A stretch of 64,000 bases of DNA from an uncultured Bacteroidales bacterium (GCA_964489545.1 CAZAZE010000003.1:249527-313526); one strand, 5' to 3'; shown: positions 49,236-58,101, counted from the stretch's first letter. Program-made: numbers and translations. Notes: generated by a model from the sequence alone, not told the origin.

Positions 49236-49310
49236 ATGATTGTTCTTCGCTATGGTTGATTTAAATTGTTTTACTTTAGCCGCAAACTTCTATCATTATA
49301 CTGGCGAAAA

Positions 49311-49901
49311 ATGAAAAAGTTTATCGAAGAGATCGGTAAAAGTATAAAAAAATACAAGCTGCATGTTCTCAAGGACGTCCTCATCTTTGTGATCATCACG
49401 CTGACCATTCATTATTCTTACAGATACTGGGCCAGGAAACAATACTGGCCCGTGACCTCTGTAATGAACGCATCACATGAATTCATGTCCCAAAAAGTGT
49501 ATGACCAGAGTACATGGCTGATCGATAATTTGCTGGGTATTCCCATAACAGTGGACGAGACGGGGCGTGTGATCTATTTTGAAAACAACGGATTTATCGG
49601 TATCAACCACAGTTGTTCAGGGCTAAAGCCCATCCTGCAGTTTGTCTTGCTGATGCTGCTTTTCCCCGGGCCCTGGAGGCATAAGGCCTGGTTCATCCCA
49701 ATGGGTGTAATGCTGGTTCATTTAACCAATCTATTCAGGATCTCGGGCCTGGCTGTCGTGACGATCACCGTGCCGCAATACTGGGATTTCGCACACGACA
49801 ATATCTTCCGGCCGTTTTTTTACGTGGTGATCTTTTTACTGTGGGTATGGTGGGTGGAGCGATTCAGGAGCAAAGCTCCACGCCACCTTAACGAAGGGTG
49901 A
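49311..49901 (+). CDS. Exosortase/archaeosortase family protein
   Basis: INHSCSGLK (catalytic Cys), TNLFRI (Arg), AHD (His); multi-TM. Confidence 0.82.
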   Translation: MKKFIEEIGKSIKKYKLHVLKDVLIFVIITLTIHYSYRYWARKQYWPVTSVMNASHEFMSQKVYDQSTWLIDNLLGIPITVDETGRVIYFENNGFIGINHSCSGLKPILQFVLLMLLFPGPWRHKAWFIPMGVMLVHLTNLFRISGLAVVTITVPQYWDFAHDNIFRPFFYVVIFLLWVWWVERFRSKAPRHLNEG

Positions 49902-50814
49902 AGGTAGTATGCCCGATGATCGTGTTCTCACAGAAAATATCAACATGATATAAGCCCGCCATCATCTCCTGGTTCGTATATTCTTTCTTCCAATAAAGGC
50001 AAAGATCCATGGACTGGTTTTCATAATTGATCGTCTCCATGATGGAGTATTGCAGCAATTCGCCCTGGTATTCGAAGGCATAATCGTCGAGCCGGCCTTT
50101 GACCAGGATTTCCTGGTCAGGACGGGCGATGCGGATGTACACGTCTTTTCTGCCCGGCGCTGCGATCTCATTCTCACCGATGGTGAAGCATATTTTGACC
50201 TGGTCGGTCCGCTGCACTTTGTCTGTTTCCACTTCCTTATCCCCGCCGCTGCGTGAGCGGATGCCCGTGGCTTTCATGTTGACCGCTCTCAGCTGGGCGG
50301 CAATCTCCACCTTGCCCGATAGAACCTCCCGGTCTTTCTCGATTTCCTCTTTTTCTTTTTTCAGATCTTTCAGATCCTTCCGGATGGCCACGTTTTCCTC
50401 AGTAAGTGCGGCGTTGACCCGGTAGAGGGAATCCATCTGCCGGACGTACCCCTGGGCGATCACCTGGAGCTGGCCCAGTTTCTTCTTCACTTTGTAATAC
50501 TCCCATTCCGTATCGAGCAGCCGGCGGATCTCTTTGGCATTGGCCTGAATCAGGCTGTCCTTGACCATCAGCGTATCCGACAGCCTGCCGTATTCGGTTT
50601 TCACCTTTTCATGCTCCACCAGGAGCGAATCCAGTTCCAGCTGCAATTCGGTCCGTTGTTGTTCTTTCTCGGCCAGGAGGCCTTTCAGGTTGCTCCGGGT
50701 TTGCATCAGGATGATGATGAGCGCGATCACCACGATGGCCAGAACCGCCGCGATGGCGGTCAGGGTGGTGTTTGAGCGGCCGCGTGCCTTGTTATCCGAT
50801 GAGGTTTGTTCCAT
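49888..50814 (-). CDS. Membrane-anchored coiled-coil protein, hypothetical
   Basis: One N-terminal TM, long heptad-rich coiled coil, C-terminal beta domain (VKICFTI, YHVDIF). Confidence 0.65.
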   Translation of the reverse strand: MEQTSSDNKARGRSNTTLTAIAAVLAIVVIALIIILMQTRSNLKGLLAEKEQQRTELQLELDSLLVEHEKVKTEYGRLSDTLMVKDSLIQANAKEIRRLLDTEWEYYKVKKKLGQLQVIAQGYVRQMDSLYRVNAALTEENVAIRKDLKDLKKEKEEIEKDREVLSGKVEIAAQLRAVNMKATGIRSRSGGDKEVETDKVQRTDQVKICFTIGENEIAAPGRKDVYIRIARPDQEILVKGRLDDYAFEYQGELLQYSIMETINYENQSMDLCLYWKKEYTNQEMMAGLYHVDIFCENTIIGHTTFTLR

Positions 50815-50910
50815 AAACCGGTGATTTACTGCAAAAATAGTAAAAAATGCAACCGGATTCCAGTGAATCGGTTGCAAGGGACGAATTGAATAATCGAAAT
50901 GGAGCGGTTC

Positions 50911-52083
50911 TTATTTCAGATGATCTGGTACTATTTCCCGCAACCTCTCCATAGCCATCTCCAGCGTTTGCCGCGGACAGCCGATGTTCACGCGCTGAAA
51001 GCCTTCACCTCCCGGGCCGAAAACCGTGCCATCCACAAAACCCAGTCCGGCTTTATGGATGAGCAGGCGCTTCAGCTCATCTGCCGGCAGATTCCATTCC
51101 CGGAAGTCGAGCCAGAGCATATAGGTGGCTTCCGCCGGACTGACCCTGATCCCAGGGATGTTACGGGAAATGTAATCCATCACGAACCGGACGTTCCCCT
51201 TCAGGTACTCCATCAGTTCTTCAAGCCATGGGTCGCCGTAGCGATACGCCGCCTCCGCAGCAGTGATCCCGAAGATATTTGCGCTCAGGTGCACCCTTTC
51301 TTCTGCAGTTTTGAACCGTTCGCGGAGTTTTTCATCGGAGATGATGATGGACGAGGAATACAGACCGGCCAGGTTGAAGGTCTTGCTCGGGGCGATGCAG
51401 GTAATGGTGTTCCCGGCGATCTCTTCCGACAGCGTGGCGAGCGGGATATGCCGGTGCGGATCCAGCACCAGGTCGCAGTGAATTTCATCGCTCACGATCA
51501 GCACGCCATGCTCTAAGCCCTTCGCTCCGAGCCACTCCAGTTCTTCACGGCTCCAGCAGCGGCTGACGGGATTATGCGGGTTGCAGAGGATCATCATTTT
51601 CGCCCCGTCGCGCATCTTCCGCTCCAGGTCTTCAAAGTCGATGGAATACACCCCGTCGCGCTCCGCCAGCTGGTTCAGGACCAGCTCACGCCCGTTCTTT
51701 TCGACGCAGGTGAAAAACGGGAAATACACCGGCGGCTGGATGATGATCCGGTCGCCGGGCTCGGTGAAGGCCTGCACGATCACGTTCAATCCCGTCACCA
51801 CCCCGGGACTGAACAGGATCCAGTCTTTTTCAATGGCCCAGCCGTGGCGGCGTTTTTGCCAGCCGATGACCGATTCGTAATAGCTTTCCGGGATGATGGA
51901 GTACCCGAACACGGGATGCTCTGCGCGCTGGCGGATGGCTTCTGCAACAAAGGGCGGCACCGCAAAATCCATGTCCGCCACCCACATCGGGATCACATCC
52001 TCCCGGCCGAAATAAGTTTTGCGCAGGTCGAACTTGACGCAATTCGTCCCGGCCCGTTTTATGGGTTGATCAAAGTTGAACAT
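50911..52083 (-). CDS. patB: PatB/MalY family PLP-dependent C-S lyase/aminotransferase
   Basis: True start MFNFDQP at 52083; IPMWVADMDF, LCNPHNP, SDEIHCD, APSKTFNLAG, ATYMLWLD, RVNIGCP. Confidence 0.88.
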   Translation of the reverse strand: MFNFDQPIKRAGTNCVKFDLRKTYFGREDVIPMWVADMDFAVPPFVAEAIRQRAEHPVFGYSIIPESYYESVIGWQKRRHGWAIEKDWILFSPGVVTGLNVIVQAFTEPGDRIIIQPPVYFPFFTCVEKNGRELVLNQLAERDGVYSIDFEDLERKMRDGAKMMILCNPHNPVSRCWSREELEWLGAKGLEHGVLIVSDEIHCDLVLDPHRHIPLATLSEEIAGNTITCIAPSKTFNLAGLYSSSIIISDEKLRERFKTAEERVHLSANIFGITAAEAAYRYGDPWLEELMEYLKGNVRFVMDYISRNIPGIRVSPAEATYMLWLDFREWNLPADELKRLLIHKAGLGFVDGTVFGPGGEGFQRVNIGCPRQTLEMAMERLREIVPDHLK

Positions 52084-52093
52084 ACTGAAAAGA

Positions 52094-52213
52094 GACTGTA
52101 GGACGGTAGGACGGTAGGACTGTAAGACTGTAGGACGGTAAGACTGTAGGACGGTAAGACTGTAGGACTGTAGGACGGTAAGACTGTAGGACTGTAAGAC
52201 TGCTGGACTGCAG
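52094..52213. repeat. Tandem array of 15 x 8 bp (GACKGTAR), upstream arm of cassette 2
   Basis: Units gactgtag, gacggtag, gactgtaa and gacggtaa; the last two are degenerate (gactgctg, gactgcag). Confidence 0.95.
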
Positions 52214-52288
52214 CACTTCAAGGAAAGATATTAACAGACCGGGTATTTTTTGGAATTTACCGGATAAACCGGTATAAAATGTCTTTTT

Positions 52289-52660
52289 ATGAAGTTCACT
52301 AATCATGAAGAATTAGAAGTCTATAAACTGGCTTTTGAATCAGCCATGCGAATTTTTCATCATTCAATAAAATTTCCAAAGGAGGAAAAGTATTCGCTCA
52401 CCGATCAAATGAGGAGGTCTTCCCGATCCGTTTGTGCGAATGTTGCAGAAGCTTTTTACAGAAGAAAATACCCTAAAAACTTTTCCTCCCATTTGTCTGA
52501 TGCAATTGCTGAGGCTGCTGAAACGCGCGTATGGTTAAACTTTTCTTATTCCTGTCACTATTTATCTGAGGACGAAACAAACAATCTTCTTGAAACCTAC
52601 ACCAAAATAATTGGGAAACTGATAGTTATGTATAATCAATCAGACAAATGGCAGATATAA
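52289..52660 (+). CDS. Four helix bundle protein (TIGR02436/PF05635 family)
   Basis: HEELEVYKLA, FPKEEKYSLTDQMRRSSRSVCANVAEA, AETRVWL; visibly AT-rich. Confidence 0.92.
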   Translation: MKFTNHEELEVYKLAFESAMRIFHHSIKFPKEEKYSLTDQMRRSSRSVCANVAEAFYRRKYPKNFSSHLSDAIAEAAETRVWLNFSYSCHYLSEDETNNLLETYTKIIGKLIVMYNQSDKWQI

Positions 52661-52663
52661 ATC

Positions 52664-52719
52664 CTACCGTCCTACAGTCTTACCGTCCTACAGTCCTACT
52701 GTCCTACAGTCCTACTGTC
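52664..52719. repeat. Tandem array of 7 x 8 bp (YTACHGTC), downstream arm of cassette 2
   Basis: ctaccgtc ctacagtc ttaccgtc ctacagtc ctactgtc ctacagtc ctactgtc; five units are exact reverse complements of units in the 52094 array and two differ by one base. Confidence 0.95.
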
Positions 52720-54466
52720 AATGCGCCGGCCCGATCACCTTCAGCTTGTCGCCGGTCTGTTCGACGATGCCGCGCAGGAACCACTCCGGGTAGCCGGGCT
52801 GTTCCACCTTGGGCGCGTGGTACTTGTAGCCTTCGGGGACTTCCGTCGCCGTCTTGATGTTCCCGTCCATGAAACGGGTGAACAGGTGCCCGTAGAACTT
52901 CTTCCAGTCCATGACGGCCGTGTTCCCTGCCGAAACGGAATACTGGGTGAGGTATTCGACGGCTTTCTGCGGGTCGGTCTTGTAGAACTCCTGTGCGGCC
53001 GCATCGATCTGTTTCACGGTCTCGATGAAGTTGGCCTCGTCGGTCTGCTGTTTGACGTGGATTTCCGGGTGGATGTAGGAATAGCGGGTATAGGCCAGGT
53101 TGGAGATCTGGTTAAAGACCCAAAACGCGGCGTCGTCGACGAACTCCATCATGGAGCCATAGCCCGTGGCCATTTTATCCGGCGCCTGGGTCATGGAGCA
53201 GTACATGGGCATAAGGAGGCTGCTGGAAGCGTCGTCGACGGCGAACCAGAAGATGCCGCCGATCGGGTCGGGCAGCCAGGAGCGTGACTGGGCCAGGAAC
53301 CAGAAGCCGGTCTGCTGGGTGGCGGTGGCGCGTTCGTTGCAATAGGTCACGCCGTCGACCTTCCAGGTGAGCGGGCGCCAGCGGTAGGGCTTGCCGAACG
53401 GGCCGGCCCCTTCGTCTTTCGACATATCCAGCGGCGTTTCTTCCAGGTGGTCGCGCATGAAGTTCATCACTTCATGCAGGTCAAGGAGGTGGTCGGGCCT
53501 GATCCAGAGCGGCATGCGGTTGGTGGCGTAGCCGTTGGCGTTCGGGCTGCCGTCGGCGAAGGTCGCCTCGTGTTTGATATGGCCGCTGGCGTAATCAAAG
53601 TATTGTTCCATCTCCTTGTTGATGGACTTGAAGAACGACCATACCCGGATCTCGCAGAAGCGGGCTGCGCTGAAATCCACCGGGGCATATGTGTCGGAGA
53701 AGCTGAACTCGGCGTCTTTGCCGTTGAAATAGCCTTTTTCACGGGCGAAGGTAATGACGTCGTCGGCATAGAAACACTCCACTTCCGGGGCCATCAGCTT
53801 GCTGCGCTGGCTGAACTTAACGGCTTTCTTCTTGTCGCCCACCGGGAAGGTCGTGATGCGCGCCTGGTTGGCGTGGGCGGAAACGTAACCGTCGGGCACT
53901 TTCAGGGCCACCCATACGGCGCCTTTCTGGCCTTCGCCTTTTCCGATCATTTCAAAGATCCATACCTCGTTCTTGTCGGCGATGGAGAACGATTCGCCCG
54001 AGCTGGCGTATCCGTAGTCATTCATGAGCTCAGTGATCACGACCATCGCTTCGCGGGCCGTTTTGGCGCGCTGCAGGGCGATGTACATCAGGCTGCCGTA
54101 GTCCATGATGGCGCCCGGCTGGCTGCCCAGCTCCTGGCGCCCGCCATAGGTCGTTTCCCCGATGGCCACCTGGTGCTCGTTCATATTGCCGATCACGTTG
54201 TAGGTCTCGGCGGCCTGCGGGATCTGGCCAAGGAATTTGCCCGTGTCCCACTCATAGACGTCCAGCATGCTGCCGGCGGGCCATTTCTGGGCGGGCCAGT
54301 GGTACAGCTCGCCGTATAAAGTGTGCGAATCTGCGGCGTAGGTGATCATCACCGAACCGTCTTTCGAAGCGCCTTTGGTCACAAGAAAATTGGTGCAGGC
54401 AAAAGTTTGCATTCCTGCCCAGGAAGTCAAAAGAAAGGCTAAAGCCAGGGCTAGTCTTTTTTTCAT
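52718..54466 (-). CDS. Peptidase family C69 dipeptidase
   Basis: Signal peptide then CTNFLV (N-terminal nucleophile Cys), GNMNEHQVAIGETT, GESFSIAD, HANQARI. Confidence 0.9.
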   Translation of the reverse strand: MKKRLALALAFLLTSWAGMQTFACTNFLVTKGASKDGSVMITYAADSHTLYGELYHWPAQKWPAGSMLDVYEWDTGKFLGQIPQAAETYNVIGNMNEHQVAIGETTYGGRQELGSQPGAIMDYGSLMYIALQRAKTAREAMVVITELMNDYGYASSGESFSIADKNEVWIFEMIGKGEGQKGAVWVALKVPDGYVSAHANQARITTFPVGDKKKAVKFSQRSKLMAPEVECFYADDVITFAREKGYFNGKDAEFSFSDTYAPVDFSAARFCEIRVWSFFKSINKEMEQYFDYASGHIKHEATFADGSPNANGYATNRMPLWIRPDHLLDLHEVMNFMRDHLEETPLDMSKDEGAGPFGKPYRWRPLTWKVDGVTYCNERATATQQTGFWFLAQSRSWLPDPIGGIFWFAVDDASSSLLMPMYCSMTQAPDKMATGYGSMMEFVDDAAFWVFNQISNLAYTRYSYIHPEIHVKQQTDEANFIETVKQIDAAAQEFYKTDPQKAVEYLTQYSVSAGNTAVMDWKKFYGHLFTRFMDGNIKTATEVPEGYKYHAPKVEQPGYPEWFLRGIVEQTGDKLKVIGPAH

Positions 54467-54520
54467 TTTTATCTGATTTTAATAGTTGATTTGATGTAAT
54501 GAGGTTTGCAAAAATAAAAT

Positions 54521-54560
54521 AATCCGTGATAAATCTGTGAAAATCTGAGTAATCTGTGGC
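54521..54560. repeat. Four 10-bp tandem units (AATCYGWG core), single arm
   Basis: aatccgtgat aaatctgtga aaatctgagt aatctgtggc. Confidence 0.65.
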
Positions 54561-54589
54561 AATAACCCAGTTAAAACCCTAAGTCAGGA

Positions 54590-56200
54590 TTAGAAATCGT
54601 AATAAATATTCCTCAGCCCGGTTTTCAGGCCGAAATACAGGTAATGCATTTGTTTGTCCCACTGGGCATTATTTTCATTGCGGATGGTGACCCCGGCTTC
54701 GAGGCGCATATTGGTCCTGCGGTTCAGCAGGTAGGCCACGTTGAGGTCGCCGATGAACAGCTTGGTTTTGAGGCCCTGCCCGATTTCGTTCCCGTATTCG
54801 CTGATGCGCTGATCATAAGGGATGAAGATGTCTTTTCCGTAATCCAGTCCGGCGGTATCGATCCCGTACATCGCGAAGTTCAGTTTGAAGCTGATCATCC
54901 AGTTGTTCCGGGTATAGGACGACATCAGGATAAATTCCCGGAAATTGGCTCCTAAGGGGTGGGCCAGCGGTTGATTGTAGTGCCCGTAGGCTTCGGTGGT
55001 GTTCGCGTAAGAGTAAGTGTACGGCCGTGCCTGGTTGAACTCAAAACGGGCGTTCAAAGCCGGTACATCGAAGAGGTTCCATCCGGCGACGCCCAGCTGG
55101 TAGCCGAATTTGTTGCCCCACCATCCGGTATTCGCCGTGACCTCATCCAGTTTGAATTCATCCAGGAATACCTGGCCGTAAACATTGAGGAATCTGTTGA
55201 TCCGCAGGTTGAACGTAGCCCCCATTACGCTGTTGTCAGGCGATCCGAAGGATGACTCTATCGGCCGCATCAGGAAAATGACGGGATTCAGGTACTGGAA
55301 TTCGAAGCCGCGATAACCGGCCGAGTCGGCATTTTCCCATACGATCGCATCGAAAAGGCCGATGGTCAGCCTTTTCCACAGCATAATCTGCAGGTAGTGC
55401 ATGGTCGACCACTTGCGGTCGTTGCCAAAACCGACCGTTGAAGTCACGCTGCGGTCGATGAACTGATTGTACAATACCGTGTATTTGACTTTTTTGAAAT
55501 TGGCGGTTAAAGCGACGTAGGGATAATTGAAAGAGGCATCCGACAGGATCATCGAGCGGTAGCCGTCGCCGATGAAGTTTTTGCCATATCCCAGGGTCAT
55601 ATTGATGTATTTCACCGGAGTATAGGTCAGATAACCGCTGCTGTACAAATAATCATATCCTTCTTCCTTAAAGGGTTTTGTGCCGCCCTGTCCGGGGACC
55701 ACCCCGGTCTGCCGGACCATGGAGTCGGGCCAGGAGGCGAACACCGCCTGGTTCTCGTACAGTTCCGCGTTAAAAAAGACCTTGTTCAGCAGCGCTCCCG
55801 TTACCGTAAAGCCCCGCGTGTTGGTCCACGCGAACTTTGGTTCCTTCAGATCATATCCTCCCGAAAAATTAAACACGGGATCCGCGGTGATCCAGAAATC
55901 CTTTGTCCGGTAACGGATCAGGCTTTCATTGAATATTTTCCGGTACACCCAGGTGTTTTTACGTCCTTCCTTCCGGAACACCGTGGGGTAGATCACGCTG
56001 TCGATGTGGTAAGCGCTGTCCAGTTCCTGCATCAAAACGGGTTTCATGGACGACAGAAACGAAGCATTTTCCTGCTGGTACTTTTGGGTGAGCAGGTTGT
56101 AGAAATGGTTGTCCAGGGGGATGAACTGGGCAACACTAATGAATGGGAGGATTGCCAGCGCAATGATTCCCAGGCGAATATTAGGGAATTTAATTTTCAA
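54590..56200 (-). CDS. Outer-membrane protein resembling RemB/Wzi-type barrels
   Basis: Signal peptide; LGYGKNFIGDGYRSMILSD, YLNPVIF, YGQVFLDEF, YGHYNQPLAHPLGANFRE; C-terminal aromatic residue. Confidence 0.7.
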   Translation of the reverse strand: MKIKFPNIRLGIIALAILPFISVAQFIPLDNHFYNLLTQKYQQENASFLSSMKPVLMQELDSAYHIDSVIYPTVFRKEGRKNTWVYRKIFNESLIRYRTKDFWITADPVFNFSGGYDLKEPKFAWTNTRGFTVTGALLNKVFFNAELYENQAVFASWPDSMVRQTGVVPGQGGTKPFKEEGYDYLYSSGYLTYTPVKYINMTLGYGKNFIGDGYRSMILSDASFNYPYVALTANFKKVKYTVLYNQFIDRSVTSTVGFGNDRKWSTMHYLQIMLWKRLTIGLFDAIVWENADSAGYRGFEFQYLNPVIFLMRPIESSFGSPDNSVMGATFNLRINRFLNVYGQVFLDEFKLDEVTANTGWWGNKFGYQLGVAGWNLFDVPALNARFEFNQARPYTYSYANTTEAYGHYNQPLAHPLGANFREFILMSSYTRNNWMISFKLNFAMYGIDTAGLDYGKDIFIPYDQRISEYGNEIGQGLKTKLFIGDLNVAYLLNRRTNMRLEAGVTIRNENNAQWDKQMHYLYFGLKTGLRNIYYDF

Positions 56201-56302
56201 CCGAGATTGATGAATTAATTAAATACAAGTATAATACCTTTGATGGACCTTTCACAAAGAATACTGGAAAATATCTCTATTTTCGTGGCAAAATAAATTT
56301 GA

Positions 56303-56890
56303 ATGCTTAAGTCTTACAACCAACGTATACGGAAAATTTATTATGGCCCTTATGGTTTTGTGTTTGATATTGTTCTTTTTGCGGTTATTACATACACATT
56401 TCATGTATTATGGTGGGATTTCGCCAGTTTTATTAAATCATTCGCTATAGTCTATAACACAGCGGACTGGCTGGCCAGACAGGTATATCTTTCGAGCCTT
56501 TGGATAAATCGGAATATCCTTGGGATTTCAATTTCAACAGAAGAGCCTAATTTGATGCGATTCAGTAATGGGGGCTTTGTTGCGGTGGTCGAAAGTTGTT
56601 CAGGTTTGAAGCAGTTCTACCAGATTCTTGTGCTTTTTCTGCTCTTCCCGGGCCCATGGAAGCATAAGTTATGGTTCATTCCGATGAGTATTTTGATTAT
56701 GCATTTTGTGAACATAATGCGCATTGTCATACTTTCGGTAATGGCCATTTGGAAACCCGAATACTGGGACTTTGTGCACGCCTGGATCCTCCGACCCGGT
56801 TTCTACGTCGTGATTTTCCTGCTTTGGGTATGGTGGGTCGAAAAATTCACACGACGAAGATCTGCTTCTACGCAGCCTGCAGGATCATGA
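56303..56890 (+). CDS. Exosortase/archaeosortase family protein (paralog of 49311)
   Basis: VESCSGLK, VNIMRI, FVHAW; shared FPGPWKHKLWFIP motif. Confidence 0.82.
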   Translation: MLKSYNQRIRKIYYGPYGFVFDIVLFAVITYTFHVLWWDFASFIKSFAIVYNTADWLARQVYLSSLWINRNILGISISTEEPNLMRFSNGGFVAVVESCSGLKQFYQILVLFLLFPGPWKHKLWFIPMSILIMHFVNIMRIVILSVMAIWKPEYWDFVHAWILRPGFYVVIFLLWVWWVEKFTRRRSASTQPAGS

Positions 56891-56925
56891 CAGCAGAAAT
56901 TTGCAGAAAGCCAGCCCGGTAAAGA

Positions 56926-58014
56926 TCAGGAGCTTTGCCTCTTGTTCTTCTGATAAATCAGGTAAGTCGGGATGGAAGTGAGGATGACGGCCAGCAGGAA
57001 GACCACCCCAAACAGCATGTGCATACCAATGACATTTTGCAATAACAGAGCCAATGCGATAAAGAAGGCATTTCCTCCGATGAGGGTTGCCGCAGCTTTT
57101 CGATGGCTCATGCCCAGTTCGATAAGCTGGTGATGCAGGTGCGACTTATCAGGACTGAACGGGGAGCCTCCTTTGATGATCCGCATGACAAAGACCCGGA
57201 ACGTGTCGAACAGGGGAATGATCAGGATTGCCAGCGATACGGAGGGGGTCGATTTAATGGCATAGGGGCTGGCCAGCCCGGGATTGATTTCATTGAACCG
57301 GATGATCAGCACCGAAATGAAGAAGCCCAGGGTGAGGGAGCCCACATCGCCCATGAATATCTTTTTCTTTTTTGAAAAAACGTTGAACCGGAGAAATGCG
57401 GCCAGCGATCCGACCAGCGCAGCGGAGAAAACGGCCAGGTCGATCTGCCCAACCAGGAAAAACCAGATGCAGAAAAACCCCACCACCAGGATGCCGATTC
57501 CGGCCGCCAGTCCGTCAATCCCGTCAATCAGGTTGAATGCGTTAATGATCAGAATGATCACGAAAATGCTGAAGAACACCCGGGCCGTATACCCCAGTTC
57601 AAAAATCCCAAAAAACCCATGGAGGTTGGTAAAGATCACATCGCCAAGAACAATGACAATAGAAGCGGCCGCGATTTGCCCGAGCAGTTTTTGTTGGGGG
57701 GAAATGGACAATATGTCGTCTTTCAGGCCGGTGAAAAAGATCAGGATGGAGCCGGCAATGACATATTGCATGTAACTGATCTGGACAATGTTGATAAAGA
57801 TCATGCCGGAAATGATGAATCCGGCATAAATAGCCATGCCGCCCAGCCTGGGTGTTTCCACATGGTGTGAAGTACGGCCGTTGGGCACATCAAATAATTT
57901 TTTTTCTCTGGCTGCTTCTATTACGTAAGGGATGAATATGAACGTGGAAATGAAAGCCAGGCCCAGGCTCAATAATACTTTCAGGATCGTATGATCAAGT
58001 AATAATGATGCCAT
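56926..58014 (-). CDS. MraY/WecA-like glycosyltransferase family 4 (undecaprenyl-phosphate GlcNAc-1-P transferase)
   Basis: TPRLGGMAI, GLKDD, NAFNLIDGIDGL, IFMGDVGS, DKSHLHH. Confidence 0.9.
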   Translation of the reverse strand: MASLLLDHTILKVLLSLGLAFISTFIFIPYVIEAAREKKLFDVPNGRTSHHVETPRLGGMAIYAGFIISGMIFINIVQISYMQYVIAGSILIFFTGLKDDILSISPQQKLLGQIAAASIVIVLGDVIFTNLHGFFGIFELGYTARVFFSIFVIILIINAFNLIDGIDGLAAGIGILVVGFFCIWFFLVGQIDLAVFSAALVGSLAAFLRFNVFSKKKKIFMGDVGSLTLGFFISVLIIRFNEINPGLASPYAIKSTPSVSLAILIIPLFDTFRVFVMRIIKGGSPFSPDKSHLHHQLIELGMSHRKAAATLIGGNAFFIALALLLQNVIGMHMLFGVVFLLAVILTSIPTYLIYQKNKRQSS

Positions 58015-58101
58015 CGTACAAATTGGTTAAAGACAGGGCATTTGCTTTTTGATTCGCAAAGGTATACGGAAAAACACAAATCATGTTACCTGATCGCCGG
58101 A

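Noticed and set aside
52084-52221. N-terminal extension of the PatB ORF, (LQSYSLTV/LQSYRPTV)n, and ORFs 52070-52306 and 52648-52857
   Set aside because: These are translations of the 8-bp arrays, which lack stops in that frame. The PatB-like sequence begins at MFNFDQP (52083).
46121-52660. Four-helix genes as part of a DGR or an rRNA intervening sequence
   Set aside because: No reverse transcriptase, TR/VR pair or rRNA sequence is present in the window.
46060-52719. Repeat arrays as CRISPR
   Set aside because: The units are 7-8 bp and contiguous with no spacers, and no cas genes are present.
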